Source of the DNA: Candidatus Bathyarchaeota archaeon
GTDB taxonomy: Archaea > Thermoproteota > Bathyarchaeia > Bathyarchaeales > Bathycorpusculaceae
Assembly (NCBI GenBank): GCA_963832745.1
Contig: CAWHVC010000004.1
Span: 32,001-96,000 of the forward strand
Direction: 5' to 3'
Length of the DNA: 64,000 bases
The notes beneath the pieces were generated by a model that was given only the letters and a program-made list of their open reading frames with translations, searched no databases and was not told where the DNA came from. Every line of letters starts with the position of its first letter. The stretch's first letter is position 1. Both the position numbers and the translations under genes were made by a program. Shown here in pieces: positions 50,869-60,149 of the stretch.

Positions 50869-51794
50869 TTGCCCAAGCAAACATTTTAGGCATTTTTGAG
50901 GGCATAACAAAGAGTTTTGGCAGCCATAAAGCCTTGGATGGACTGAACTTTAAGGTTTACAAGGGCGTCAACGGTTTAATAGGTCCCAACGGTGCAGGGA
51001 AAACCACCACAATCAAGCTGCTTTTAGGTTTAATTAAAGCAAATTCTGGACAGGCGGAAATGTTTGGGCTAAACTGCTGGAGCCAGTCACAACAGGTTCG
51101 TTGCCGAATAGGTGTACTCTATGAAAAATTAGCTTTTTATGAGCACCTTTCAGGGTTTGAACACCTAAAGTTTATGGCAAAAATAAAAGGTGTTCCTGAC
51201 CCGGCGGCGGAAAGCAAAGAGGTGCTCAAACTTGTCGAACTTGACGGTGAAGCGCAAAACAAGCGCATAGGCACCTACTCGGCAGGTATGAAACAAAGAA
51301 TAGGTTTAGCACACGCCCTTTTGGGCAAACCTGACCTTGTAATTCTTGATGAGCCCACATCTAATTTAGACCCTTTGGGCAGGGAACATGTAATCAGTTT
51401 AGTTAATGAACTTAAAAAAGAGGGGTATTCTTTTTTGATTTCAAGTCACATTTTGCCTGAACTGGAAAAGGTTTGTGAACACATCGTTTTGATGAATAAA
51501 GGTCGAGTCGTAAAGCATGGGCTGCTTACAGAGTTGCTTGGAGATATTTCTCCTCAGACATTTGCGATTAAGGTTCAACCAATTACACCGCTGTTTGAAC
51601 TGCTGAAAAAAGAGGCAAGCGTAAAAGCAGTAACCCTAAACAACGGCACACTAATCGTTGACACAAAAGACCACCATGCCTTCAAGCAGCGACTTCCGTC
51701 GCTTGCCTCTGAGGCGCATGTTTCTCTTGAAGAAGTCAAAGCGGGCGGTAAGGATTTGGATTCCTTGTTTAAACTTGCGGTTGAGGAGGCTTAA
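50865..51794 (+). CDS. ABC-2 ATPase (copy 1)
   Basis: GPNGAGKTT, YSAGMKQR, DEPTS, SSHIL. Confidence 0.92.
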   Translation: MIAQANILGIFEGITKSFGSHKALDGLNFKVYKGVNGLIGPNGAGKTTTIKLLLGLIKANSGQAEMFGLNCWSQSQQVRCRIGVLYEKLAFYEHLSGFEHLKFMAKIKGVPDPAAESKEVLKLVELDGEAQNKRIGTYSAGMKQRIGLAHALLGKPDLVILDEPTSNLDPLGREHVISLVNELKKEGYSFLISSHILPELEKVCEHIVLMNKGRVVKHGLLTELLGDISPQTFAIKVQPITPLFELLKKEASVKAVTLNNGTLIVDTKDHHAFKQRLPSLASEAHVSLEEVKAGGKDLDSLFKLAVEEA

Positions 51795-51798
51795 AAGT

Positions 51799-52632
51799 AT
51801 GGAATCAAATGGTGTAAAGTTGGCGTTGCTTAGGACCGAGATTAGGCGAGTTTGGGGTTTTCCAGTTCTTGAATTGGCTGTGGGCTTTTTGGCTTTTATT
51901 GCCGTTACAACTATTCCTACTCTACAAGAAATAACGATTCAAAGTGAGGCTCAAGCTATCTTTAATGGGCTGGTAGCAAACTCGGTCTACGACACGATGG
52001 GCGCACAGTTGTTACCTATGGGTTTGTTTTGCGGTATATTAGTTGCGTTGTCGTTTGCCAAAGATTACGAGCAGGGTTTAATGCAGACGCTACTGTCTTC
52101 GCCGTTGTCCCGCTCAACAGTGTTTATTGTAAAATTTGTCGCTGTAACGGTTCCGTTAACGCTGTTGACTTGGGGTGTAACTACGTTTATGATAGCCCTT
52201 AACTATAGCTTAGGTGGAGCTACTGTTTCTTTGATGCTCCAAGTGGCGGCAGCTTCATTGTTAACGACGTTTTTGACGGTGTTTTTCTTTGGCGGTTTAG
52301 CCACCCTAATTGCGTTAACAATTAAACGAACCATCCCAACAGCCCTTGGGACAATGATGCTCAGTTTTCTAATGTTTTTTATAACTACGCTAAGAGCTGA
52401 AACAATAGGACCTTTAGCGAATTATATTGCGGTTACTCCTTTCAAGGCGTCGCTATTGGGGCTGGGTAAACTGTTGGGTGCAGATTCTGCGAGGGTCATA
52501 GGTCTTGCGGAGAATACGCTTGAGAGTTCCGTGCCTGCCCTTGGATTCTTGACTATTGCTCTGGTTTATGGATTGGCGCTTCTGGTGCCAATGTATCTTT
52601 ATTTCACTAGGAGGTTTGAAGTACGAGAATAA
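51799..52632 (+). CDS. ABC-2 permease (copy 1)
   Basis: SFAKDYEQGLMQTLLSSPLSR..KF; ATG 51799 after GAGGAGG. Confidence 0.88.
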   Translation: MESNGVKLALLRTEIRRVWGFPVLELAVGFLAFIAVTTIPTLQEITIQSEAQAIFNGLVANSVYDTMGAQLLPMGLFCGILVALSFAKDYEQGLMQTLLSSPLSRSTVFIVKFVAVTVPLTLLTWGVTTFMIALNYSLGGATVSLMLQVAAASLLTTFLTVFFFGGLATLIALTIKRTIPTALGTMMLSFLMFFITTLRAETIGPLANYIAVTPFKASLLGLGKLLGADSARVIGLAENTLESSVPALGFLTIALVYGLALLVPMYLYFTRRFEVRE

Positions 52633-53201
52633 ACATAACCCGTTTAGGCCTTGTTTGCCTTATCATCGGTTTAATCATAATGGTTAACGCTGCCTCATCA
52701 CATGTGGCTCGAGCATCGATTTCCAACAACGGCGAGGTGGACCCGGGCGAGACAGCGTGTAAAATCCTGTTTATGGCGCCTGTAGGTCAAGGCAACCTGA
52801 CAGTAGGATACAACGTAGAACCAGGAAAGCCTAGCCCAATGCCTGAATTTTTCCCTGCATTTGTTGAGTTGCCTGTTCACCTAAAAATCATAGGCCCCAG
52901 CGACAAGACGATACTTGAACAAGACATAATCACACCCGCCAGCATCCCAATTAATTTCGATACAAGAGGCGAATACAAAATATACGTAACCAACAATGGT
53001 TCGGAACGCACTGGCATAGCAATCGGCAAAACATTTGAAATGAACAATCCTCAAAACCGTGAAGCAGACAAATACTTGCTTTCAGAAACTCTGATTGTTG
53101 TCGGTGCGGTTGTTGTAGCCGTTGGGTTAACGTTGAATCTGGTATCTAAGCTGAGAAATAATGCCAGGTCTAAAAGCTACGTGGGAAGTGTGAAACAATG
53201 A
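52623..53201 (+). CDS. 2-TM protein with extracellular beta domain (copy 1)
   Basis: Paralogue of 56717 (LFMAPVG.GN.T, RGEY..VTN, READK.L). Similarity extends upstream to ACG 52623; first ATG is at 52680. Confidence 0.75.
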   Translation, partial: TRINITRLGLVCLIIGLIIMVNAASSHVARASISNNGEVDPGETACKILFMAPVGQGNLTVGYNVEPGKPSPMPEFFPAFVELPVHLKIIGPSDKTILEQDIITPASIPINFDTRGEYKIYVTNNGSERTGIAIGKTFEMNNPQNREADKYLLSETLIVVGAVVVAVGLTLNLVSKLRNNARSKSYVGSVKQ

Positions 53202-53923
53202 AACGCTATCTCCCCATTCTTACCCAAGGCTGGCTTCCACAAGACCCGTATATTCCGAGTCACCTAAAAATTGTCTCTAATAGGCATAGACGGATAGGCA
53301 AGGCAAAAACTATTGCTGGATCAACTTTGTTACTTATAGGCCTAATTGCGCTGGTAGCGTCGGTTATGGCTATACAGCAGACGCGCGAGATCCATAGTGA
53401 CTCTTATGTCTTGGAACCTAACCAGAAAAGCGGCGAGGTTTCAACAGGAGGCGGACACCATTCTGTAACCGTAGTGCACTCCTTTGAGGGTAAAATTATT
53501 GTTGAAGGGAAAAATGTAGAGTTTAAAGTCGTTAGTAGAGAACCGACAGTGATGACGTTTGATTTTAATGGAAAAAAGAGAAATCAAACTGTTTATTTGC
53601 GGGATTCAGAAACTCATGAAGTACTCAGCCAAACAGTCGATGGCACATACGCATTCAATCTTCCTGCAAACGGGGACTATCACTACGAATATATTGTCCA
53701 AAATACAGGTAGCCAGCAAGCAAGAATAAACTTTCAACTAAACGAGACACAAATAACTATTGGCATGCTGATGCTCGGCGCAATTGTACTTTTAGTTACT
53801 GCTCTTCCGGGAACACTTCTAATCGTAAGTGGACGTAGAAGCAGAAAAGCTACATCCAGCAAAGCTGGCAAACTTAATTTTTCCAAACTTATGCCTGATG
53901 CAGGGCTGGGTGGCCAACAATGA
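53198..53923 (+). CDS. 2-TM protein with GWLPQDP N-terminal motif (copy 1)
   Basis: Paralogue of 57283; its 3' end overlaps the duplicated regulator tail. Confidence 0.78.
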   Translation: MKRYLPILTQGWLPQDPYIPSHLKIVSNRHRRIGKAKTIAGSTLLLIGLIALVASVMAIQQTREIHSDSYVLEPNQKSGEVSTGGGHHSVTVVHSFEGKIIVEGKNVEFKVVSREPTVMTFDFNGKKRNQTVYLRDSETHEVLSQTVDGTYAFNLPANGDYHYEYIVQNTGSQQARINFQLNETQITIGMLMLGAIVLLVTALPGTLLIVSGRRSRKATSSKAGKLNFSKLMPDAGLGGQQ

Positions 53924-53935
53924 TTGCTCAAACAA
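53841..53935 (+). repeat. Diverged direct repeat of 50785-50880 (regulator 3' end plus MIAQ start)
   Basis: Encodes AEKLHPAKLANLIF/SKLMPDAGLGGQQ*MIAQ versus AEKMHPAKLATIIFSKLMPDAGLGDQQ*MIAQ. Confidence 0.85.
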
Positions 53936-54951
53936 AAGTTTTAAGCCGCTTACAAAAGCCAGTCTTAGCAGTATCTTGCATGTTGCTTTGTCTGCTTCCT
54001 ATCTTCTTTATCTCTCCTGCAACAGGCGTAACGGATAATTCTTTTCCGTCGTCATTTTATGTTACATTCAAAGGAGACCTGCAACTTGGTCACTCACCCG
54101 GTGACGATACAACAGAGGACGCACATGCTGTGCAATTTTTGAATGGAACATATTACTTAGCTAAAACTGTACTTTTCACTTTCGCCATGGAAGAATCCCT
54201 TAATGGTGAATACACTGTCAAGTTTATGCTTACCCTTGATGACTTTTATTATGAAGTAACTTTACCTGCTACTGTTTCAAATGGACGGGTTTACATAGAT
54301 TCCACTCCAACAATGTTTGTCGTAAATCCCAACGAATTAATTAATGATAACATTATCCAGATCTTTCAAACAGAAAACTGGTCTTTTTCTGGCACTGTTA
54401 TGGATGATGGGCGACCAGCGCGAGTAATTACTTTAATTGAAGATTACCATGTGTCTTCAAAAAGAGTTAACGCGTTCTATCAGCAACCTGACGGATCAAA
54501 ATTAATGTTCCAGCCTTTAGTGTTTTATGATCTAACAACGGGTGTACTTGTTGACGCTCCTGAGTACATTATGGATGAGGTGCTTTTTAACAAGGTGGGC
54601 GTGGCTCTTCTCTACAACGGAAACTTTCGTTTGTCGGATTATTCAGAAAACTTGAACTTCACCTTATGGGATTTTACGGATTCATTGAATCCATCCATCG
54701 TATCTAAGCCATCAAATCCGTCGAATCCATCATCATCAAGTGGTGGACAATTAGGCACAACAACACCTTCCTCTCCTTCGAATACTTCATCTGATTCATC
54801 TATTTGGCTAATTTCAATACCTGTACTTGTTGCAGCGTTTATTTTGGTTGGATTTTTAACCTATAAATCAACTTCAAAGAAAAAGAGCGACACGCAAAAA
54901 ACTAACTCAGACAAATTTTCAAAAATCTATCCCACTTATGCATCAAAATAG
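53920..54951 (+). CDS. Secreted protein with S/P linker and C-terminal TM
   Basis: Signal-like segment, YDLTTGVLV, SNPSNPSSSS linker, TM + KSTSKKK. Confidence 0.8.
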   Translation: MIAQTKVLSRLQKPVLAVSCMLLCLLPIFFISPATGVTDNSFPSSFYVTFKGDLQLGHSPGDDTTEDAHAVQFLNGTYYLAKTVLFTFAMEESLNGEYTVKFMLTLDDFYYEVTLPATVSNGRVYIDSTPTMFVVNPNELINDNIIQIFQTENWSFSGTVMDDGRPARVITLIEDYHVSSKRVNAFYQQPDGSKLMFQPLVFYDLTTGVLVDAPEYIMDEVLFNKVGVALLYNGNFRLSDYSENLNFTLWDFTDSLNPSIVSKPSNPSNPSSSSGGQLGTTTPSSPSNTSSDSSIWLISIPVLVAAFILVGFLTYKSTSKKKSDTQKTNSDKFSKIYPTYASK

Positions 54952-54964
54952 GAGGACACAGCTT

Positions 54965-55906
54965 ATGGGTTCTAAAGTTATTGGTGAATTTAAATCTGTA
55001 ACAAAACGGTTTGGCGCTACAACTGCACTTGACGGCCTTAGTTTAGAAATACACCGCGGCATCAATGGGTTAATTGGCCCAAACGGCGCAGGCAAAACAA
55101 CAGCCATCCGACTAAGCTTAGGACTAATCAAACCTAATGCAGGCAAAGCAGAACTATTTGGATTCGACTGCTGGAACAACTCTTACGCAATCCGCAGCAA
55201 AGTAGGCGTTCTATACGAAAAACTCGCCTTCTACGACAACCTCTCAGGACTTGAACAACTAAAGCTAATGGCAAAACTAAAAGGTGCATCCGAGTCTTTA
55301 ACTGAACTAAAAACGCTTTTGAAGCTTGTTGAACTTGACCAGGCAGCTCATGACCGACGTATCGGCGGCTATTCAGCTGGTATGCGTCAAAGACTTGGCT
55401 TAGCACAAGCACTCTTAGGTAATCCGGAGTTGGTGTTTCTTGATGAACCCACTTCAAATTTAGACCCGCTAAATCGAGCCAAAATTCTTGAATTAATAAC
55501 TTTTTTGAATAAAGAAAAAGGCACTTCTTTTTTGATTTCAAGTCACATATTGCCTGAGCTTGAAAGGGTCTGTGACAATTTTATTTTGATGAATAAGGGT
55601 AAATTGTTGCGTCAAGGGGGTTTAGAGCAGATGATTGATAAAACTTGTACAACAAAATTCATTGTTAAAGTACAGCCAATTGGGTCGGTGGCGGCTCTTT
55701 TGAAAGATGAAGATTATGTTGAGGATTTGTCGGCAGTTGATGATTCTTTGCATGTTACAGTGAGTGATGTTGGATTGTTTAAGCAGCGTTTGCCTTTGCT
55801 TATAGGCCAAGCCGGTGCATCTTTGGATGAAGTGAAAATGGTAAAGTCTGATTTAGAAGCCGTTTTTAAATCAGCTGTTGAGGAGGTTCAAGCAGTTGTC
55901 TCTTAA
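54965..55906 (+). CDS. ABC-2 ATPase (copy 2)
   Basis: GPNGAGKTT, YSAGMRQR; ATG 54965 after AGGAGG; paralogue of 50865. Confidence 0.92.
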   Translation: MGSKVIGEFKSVTKRFGATTALDGLSLEIHRGINGLIGPNGAGKTTAIRLSLGLIKPNAGKAELFGFDCWNNSYAIRSKVGVLYEKLAFYDNLSGLEQLKLMAKLKGASESLTELKTLLKLVELDQAAHDRRIGGYSAGMRQRLGLAQALLGNPELVFLDEPTSNLDPLNRAKILELITFLNKEKGTSFLISSHILPELERVCDNFILMNKGKLLRQGGLEQMIDKTCTTKFIVKVQPIGSVAALLKDEDYVEDLSAVDDSLHVTVSDVGLFKQRLPLLIGQAGASLDEVKMVKSDLEAVFKSAVEEVQAVVS

Positions 55907-56726
55907 AGCAGGTTTAGCGTTGCTAAAAGCTGAACTGGGAAAAGTTTGGGCCAGACCAATACTAGAAATTACCGTTGCACTAATGGCAGTAATGGCCACA
56001 TATTTAGTACAGCCTATTACAAAGATTGTTAGTCACTCGACTTTTTCAGTTACTCTTCAATCCGTGGTGACTGAAAATGTGAGTTCTGTTGTATCTTCTT
56101 TGATGCTGCCTTTAGTTGTTATGTGTGCAGTTTTAATGTCTTTATCGTTTGCCCGGGACTATGAGTCGGGGTTAATGCAATCAATTTTATCTGCCCCTGT
56201 ATCTCGTAAAATGCTTTTTACTGTAAAGTTTTTTGCGGTAGTGTTGCCTTTAGCTTTGCTTACTTGGATTTTTACCACATTTTTTGTGGGTCTTACTTTT
56301 TATTCAAGTCCTTGGATTGTTTTACAGTTTTCCTTGTTTGCTCTGCCTGTTTCTTTCTTGTTTTTGATGCTTTGCGGAGGCATAGGCGTTTTAGTTGCTT
56401 TAATGGTAAAGCGTACAATTCCAGCAGTGCTGACATCATTTCTTGTAAACTTTGCCCTTTGGTACCCATCAACAATAATTACTGGAATTGCGTTTATCAG
56501 GGGTGATTTTTTTGCTAATTATTTGTGTTTAACTCCTTATAAAGGGGCTTTGGTTTTTTTGGATAAATTACTTGGTATAGATCCCAAGGTACTTCTTGAA
56601 TATCCATATGCATTGGAACTTTCTCTTTCTGCAGTTGATTTTGGTGTTTTGCAGATTGTTTATGTGTGTATTTTGGTGATTCCATTGTTTGTTTATTTCA
56701 GTCGGAGGTTTGAAATATGCGAATAA
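55878..56726 (+). CDS. ABC-2 permease (copy 2)
   Basis: SFARDYESGLMQSILSAPVSR..KF; true start likely TTG 55896. Confidence 0.88.
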   Translation: MRRFKQLSLKAGLALLKAELGKVWARPILEITVALMAVMATYLVQPITKIVSHSTFSVTLQSVVTENVSSVVSSLMLPLVVMCAVLMSLSFARDYESGLMQSILSAPVSRKMLFTVKFFAVVLPLALLTWIFTTFFVGLTFYSSPWIVLQFSLFALPVSFLFLMLCGGIGVLVALMVKRTIPAVLTSFLVNFALWYPSTIITGIAFIRGDFFANYLCLTPYKGALVFLDKLLGIDPKVLLEYPYALELSLSAVDFGVLQIVYVCILVIPLFVYFSRRFEICE

Positions 56727-57286
56727 ATACTAAAAGACTTGGCTTAATATTGGTGATTCTCGGGGCAATTTTGTTATTTAATGTTTGGACTGCACGAGTT
56801 TGTGAAACAGGAACCCAGCTTGATCCTATTAAGTCTGGTGAGACTTTTGCTTATGGTTTGTTTATGGCTCCAGTTGGTTTGGGGAACATTACTTTTGACG
56901 GAGAGGTTATGAAGGTGATTCCTGGGTCTTCTGGTCCGATAACGGTTAATGCTGCAGTACCTATACATGTGGCGGTTGTTAGTCCGTCAGGTGTTGTTTT
57001 GGTTGATGCGGAAGCTGTTACTCCATGCAGTTTTAAGGTTAATTTTGTCGAGCGTGGCGAATATGTAGTTAATGTAACTAATCTGAGCGATGAAGATAAT
57101 CCTATTCCAGTTGATGTAGAGTATCCAAAGGATACTGGTGTTGTTTATAGGGAGGCTGACAAGTTTCTTGTTAGCGTAATTTTAACGGTAAGTGGAGTGG
57201 TGCTCTTTTGTTTGGGTTTAATTACGTCTTTATTTTTACACAAAAGACAAAGCATAACGAAACAAATTAGAAGTGAGAATCCATGA
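56717..57286 (+). CDS. 2-TM protein with extracellular beta domain (copy 2)
   Basis: Paralogue of 52623-53201. Confidence 0.78.
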   Translation: MRINTKRLGLILVILGAILLFNVWTARVCETGTQLDPIKSGETFAYGLFMAPVGLGNITFDGEVMKVIPGSSGPITVNAAVPIHVAVVSPSGVVLVDAEAVTPCSFKVNFVERGEYVVNVTNLSDEDNPIPVDVEYPKDTGVVYREADKFLVSVILTVSGVVLFCLGLITSLFLHKRQSITKQIRSENP

Positions 57287-57966
57287 AACTCCACATGCAT
57301 ATCAGAACTCAAGGTTGGCTTCCACAAGACCCCTATATTCCGAGCCACGTAAAAATTGTCTCCAGCAGGCATAGGTGGATAGGTAAAGCAAAGATTGTTA
57401 CTGGGTCAACTTTGCTGTTGATAGGCTTGATTGCGTTGTTGGTATCGATTATGGCTGTGCAGCAGATACGTGAAATTCATAGTGAATCTTGTGTCTTGGA
57501 GTCTAACGAGAAAAGCTTAGTAGGGTCATCAGGCGGCGTATCTTTTTCTCATCCTTACTATAATCGCTGTTTTGAGGGTCGAATAATTGTTGAAGGCAAG
57601 AATGTGGAGCTTAAGGTCGTTAGTAGAGAACCGGTAGTGAAAACGTATGATGTTGATGGAACAAAGGGATACAGCACCGTTTATTCACTGGATTCACCAA
57701 CTCAGGAAATACTCGGTACATTCGTTGATGGTGCATACAAGTTTAATCTTCCCGCGAATGGGGACTATTATGATTATGAATGTAACCTCCAAAATAATGA
57801 CAGTCAGCAGGCAAAAGTAACCTTCCAGGTAAACGAGATACAAACAGATATCGGCAAGCTGATACCCGGCGCAATAGCACTGTTAGTTACTGCTATTCCA
57901 GGAACAGTTCTAATAATAAGTGGGCGTAAAGGGAAAAAGGGCAACTTAGCTGCTCTAACTGCATAA
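57283..57966 (+). CDS. 2-TM protein with GWLPQDP N-terminal motif (copy 2)
   Basis: TQGWLPQDPYIPSH is identical to copy 1. Confidence 0.78.
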   Translation: MKLHMHIRTQGWLPQDPYIPSHVKIVSSRHRWIGKAKIVTGSTLLLIGLIALLVSIMAVQQIREIHSESCVLESNEKSLVGSSGGVSFSHPYYNRCFEGRIIVEGKNVELKVVSREPVVKTYDVDGTKGYSTVYSLDSPTQEILGTFVDGAYKFNLPANGDYYDYECNLQNNDSQQAKVTFQVNEIQTDIGKLIPGAIALLVTAIPGTVLIISGRKGKKGNLAALTA

Positions 57967-58002
57967 TTTTAACATACCTTTTTCTTGATTTTTTGTATCA
58001 AC

Positions 58003-58047
58003 ACCTAATCCCTGTAGGTTTAGTTTTTACTAAGCTCCAAATAGGTT
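58003..58047 (+). repeat. Dispersed element, shortened copy
   Basis: ACCTAATCCCTGTAGGTTT..CTAAGCTCCAAATAGGTT. Confidence 0.6.
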
Positions 58048-58147
58048 GTTGGTCAAGCGCTTTTTATTCAAAAACTTGTGCTTCACTGTAGTGTTTTGCT
58101 GAAAGACTTAAAATTAGGTTAATGTTTGATTATTGTTGGCGATAGTT

Positions 58148-59332
58148 ATGGATATTGACCAGCGCAAAATCGCTAACATTCACAATTTTTATTCAGACTT
58201 CGAGGAGATGTCAAACCAGCTTTTAGCTTTAAAAGACAATTTTCCCTCAGGCCTAATCATACCTGTTTTTGGCAGTGACATAAAAAGTCCCGGCTTAACA
58301 AAAATAATCAGCGAAATCAACCAATGCACATACCTAAGCAAAATTTTTATTGCACTTTCTGCCCAAACGCCTGAAGATTATGACGAGGCACTAAGGATTA
58401 GTCGAGCCTTCAAGGTTCCCTGCGACGTAGTATGGTGCAATAAGCCAGAAGTTGTAACGGTTTTTGAGGAATTAAAAGCCAAAGGCCTTGACGTTACCCA
58501 GTCATACGGTAAAGGTAAAGACGTCTGGATAGCCATGGGAATCGCGTCACTGGACCTTTTTGCTTTTGCAGTTCACGATGCAGACATTGTTTCTTACACC
58601 AAAATGTTGCCTACACGGATGCTTTACCCGCTTATTGAGCCTAAACTTGACTTTTTCTTCTCCAAAGGTTATTATGCAAGAATTAACCAAGACACCCGAA
58701 AACTGTACGGAAGAATACAACGCCTATTTATCAACCCCCTGCTTGAAGTCCTGCAAGAAAAACTTCGTTACTCCAAGTTTTTAACTTATTTGCAGTCGTT
58801 TAGTTATCCGCTTGCAGGAGAAATTGCTCTTTACTGCGATTTAGCTACACATTTACGGGTGCCAAGTGATTGGGGTTTGGAGATTGGGCTGCTCTCAGAA
58901 GTCTACCGTAATGCTTCCTACGGCAGAATCTGTCAAGTAGACTTGGGCTTTTATGATCATCGCCATAAAGAAATTAGTCACGACGGACTTCTGAAAACCG
59001 CTGAAGACACTCTTATCACGTTGCTTAGAACTTTAACTGAAACAGAAAACGTGGATATTTCCGAATCTTTCCTTACCAGTCTTCAAGTTTCTTACCGGCG
59101 GCTTGCGCAGGATAAGATACGGCAGTACCACGCTGACGCCACATGTAATAAGCTTGTTTTCGACCGTCATGAAGAAGAAGTAAATTTAGAGTCCCTATCT
59201 ACAGTTATTCTTAGTGGCGGGAAGAAGTATCTTGAAAATCCTGTTAGGGCGCAGTTGCCTGACTGGTTACGTACAATGGCTGCGATGCCAAATATTCGCG
59301 AGAAATTGAGGGAGAAAGCGATTGAGCAATAA
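58148..59332 (+). CDS. gpgS: Glucosyl-3-phosphoglycerate synthase (GT81-like)
   Basis: GKGKDVW, HDADI, FSKGYYAR, LYGR..RL, YPLAGE, DWGLEIG, YDHRH; followed by a HAD-IIB phosphatase. Start ATG 58148 (ORF track gives 58133). Confidence 0.8.
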   Translation: MDIDQRKIANIHNFYSDFEEMSNQLLALKDNFPSGLIIPVFGSDIKSPGLTKIISEINQCTYLSKIFIALSAQTPEDYDEALRISRAFKVPCDVVWCNKPEVVTVFEELKAKGLDVTQSYGKGKDVWIAMGIASLDLFAFAVHDADIVSYTKMLPTRMLYPLIEPKLDFFFSKGYYARINQDTRKLYGRIQRLFINPLLEVLQEKLRYSKFLTYLQSFSYPLAGEIALYCDLATHLRVPSDWGLEIGLLSEVYRNASYGRICQVDLGFYDHRHKEISHDGLLKTAEDTLITLLRTLTETENVDISESFLTSLQVSYRRLAQDKIRQYHADATCNKLVFDRHEEEVNLESLSTVILSGGKKYLENPVRAQLPDWLRTMAAMPNIREKLREKAIEQ

Positions 59333-60083
59333 AAAAATCGTTATTTTTTCTGACATGGATGGCAGCCTGCTTAATAGTAAGTTTGAGTATGCTGAGGTTG
59401 AGCCGTTTTTGCAGAGGATTTTGTCTCTTGGTGCGGCGTTGGTTCTTGCTAGCAGCAAAACACGTTTTGAACTTGCCTACTACCGGCAACAACTTCACAT
59501 CCAAGATCCATACATAGCCGAAAACGGGTCAGTAATAATAGTGCCCAAACAATACTTCAAGCAAGAACCCAAATTCTCAAAACAATCCCTTGAAGAAGGA
59601 CTAATCGAACTTGGCATACCCTACCAACTTATCCGTGAAAGGTTGGCATGCGTAAAAAACCAAACCGGCGCAGACATCGTTGGGTTTGGCGATTTAACAG
59701 TTGAAGAGGTGGCCAAAGACACCTTGTTGCCTTTGGATTTAGCTGTTTTAGCTAAAAAGCGAGAATACAGTGAACCCTTCAAAATCGTGAGTGGTGATAA
59801 AGCTCAGGTTTTGCAGGCGTTGTGGGCTTCTGGGGTTTGTTATGTTGAGGGTGGCCAGTTTTTAACTGCTTCTGGCTGCGTTGATAAAGGTGATGCTGTA
59901 TCTGTTTTAAGGGATTTGTACTTGGAACAGTTTGACACCGTTTTTACTGTTGGTGTTGGTAATGGGCAAAACGATTTAACCATGTTGGATGTGGTCGATA
60001 AACCCTTTTTCATACGTAATCCTGCCATGATTCGGTCTGTTTGGGCGGAAATCCTGCGTATAGTTGAATCAAATGCGCTTTAA
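59322..60083 (+). CDS. gpgP: Glucosyl/mannosyl-3-phosphoglycerate phosphatase (HAD-IIB)
   Basis: FSDMDGSLL, SSKTR.E, AENG, KREYSEPF, DKG, ND..ML. Confidence 0.8.
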   Translation: MSNKKIVIFSDMDGSLLNSKFEYAEVEPFLQRILSLGAALVLASSKTRFELAYYRQQLHIQDPYIAENGSVIIVPKQYFKQEPKFSKQSLEEGLIELGIPYQLIRERLACVKNQTGADIVGFGDLTVEEVAKDTLLPLDLAVLAKKREYSEPFKIVSGDKAQVLQALWASGVCYVEGGQFLTASGCVDKGDAVSVLRDLYLEQFDTVFTVGVGNGQNDLTMLDVVDKPFFIRNPAMIRSVWAEILRIVESNAL

Positions 60084-60149
60084 TATGCATAATAACTGCG
60101 TTAATGCCTTTGTTTGGTTATCGAATGATTTTTTTATAATAACTCTGTA

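Noticed and set aside
3975-58047. Dispersed element considered as CRISPR repeats or IS ends
   Set aside because: Copies are kilobases apart with no regular spacers, and there are no cas or transposase genes, inverted-orientation pairs or target-site duplications.
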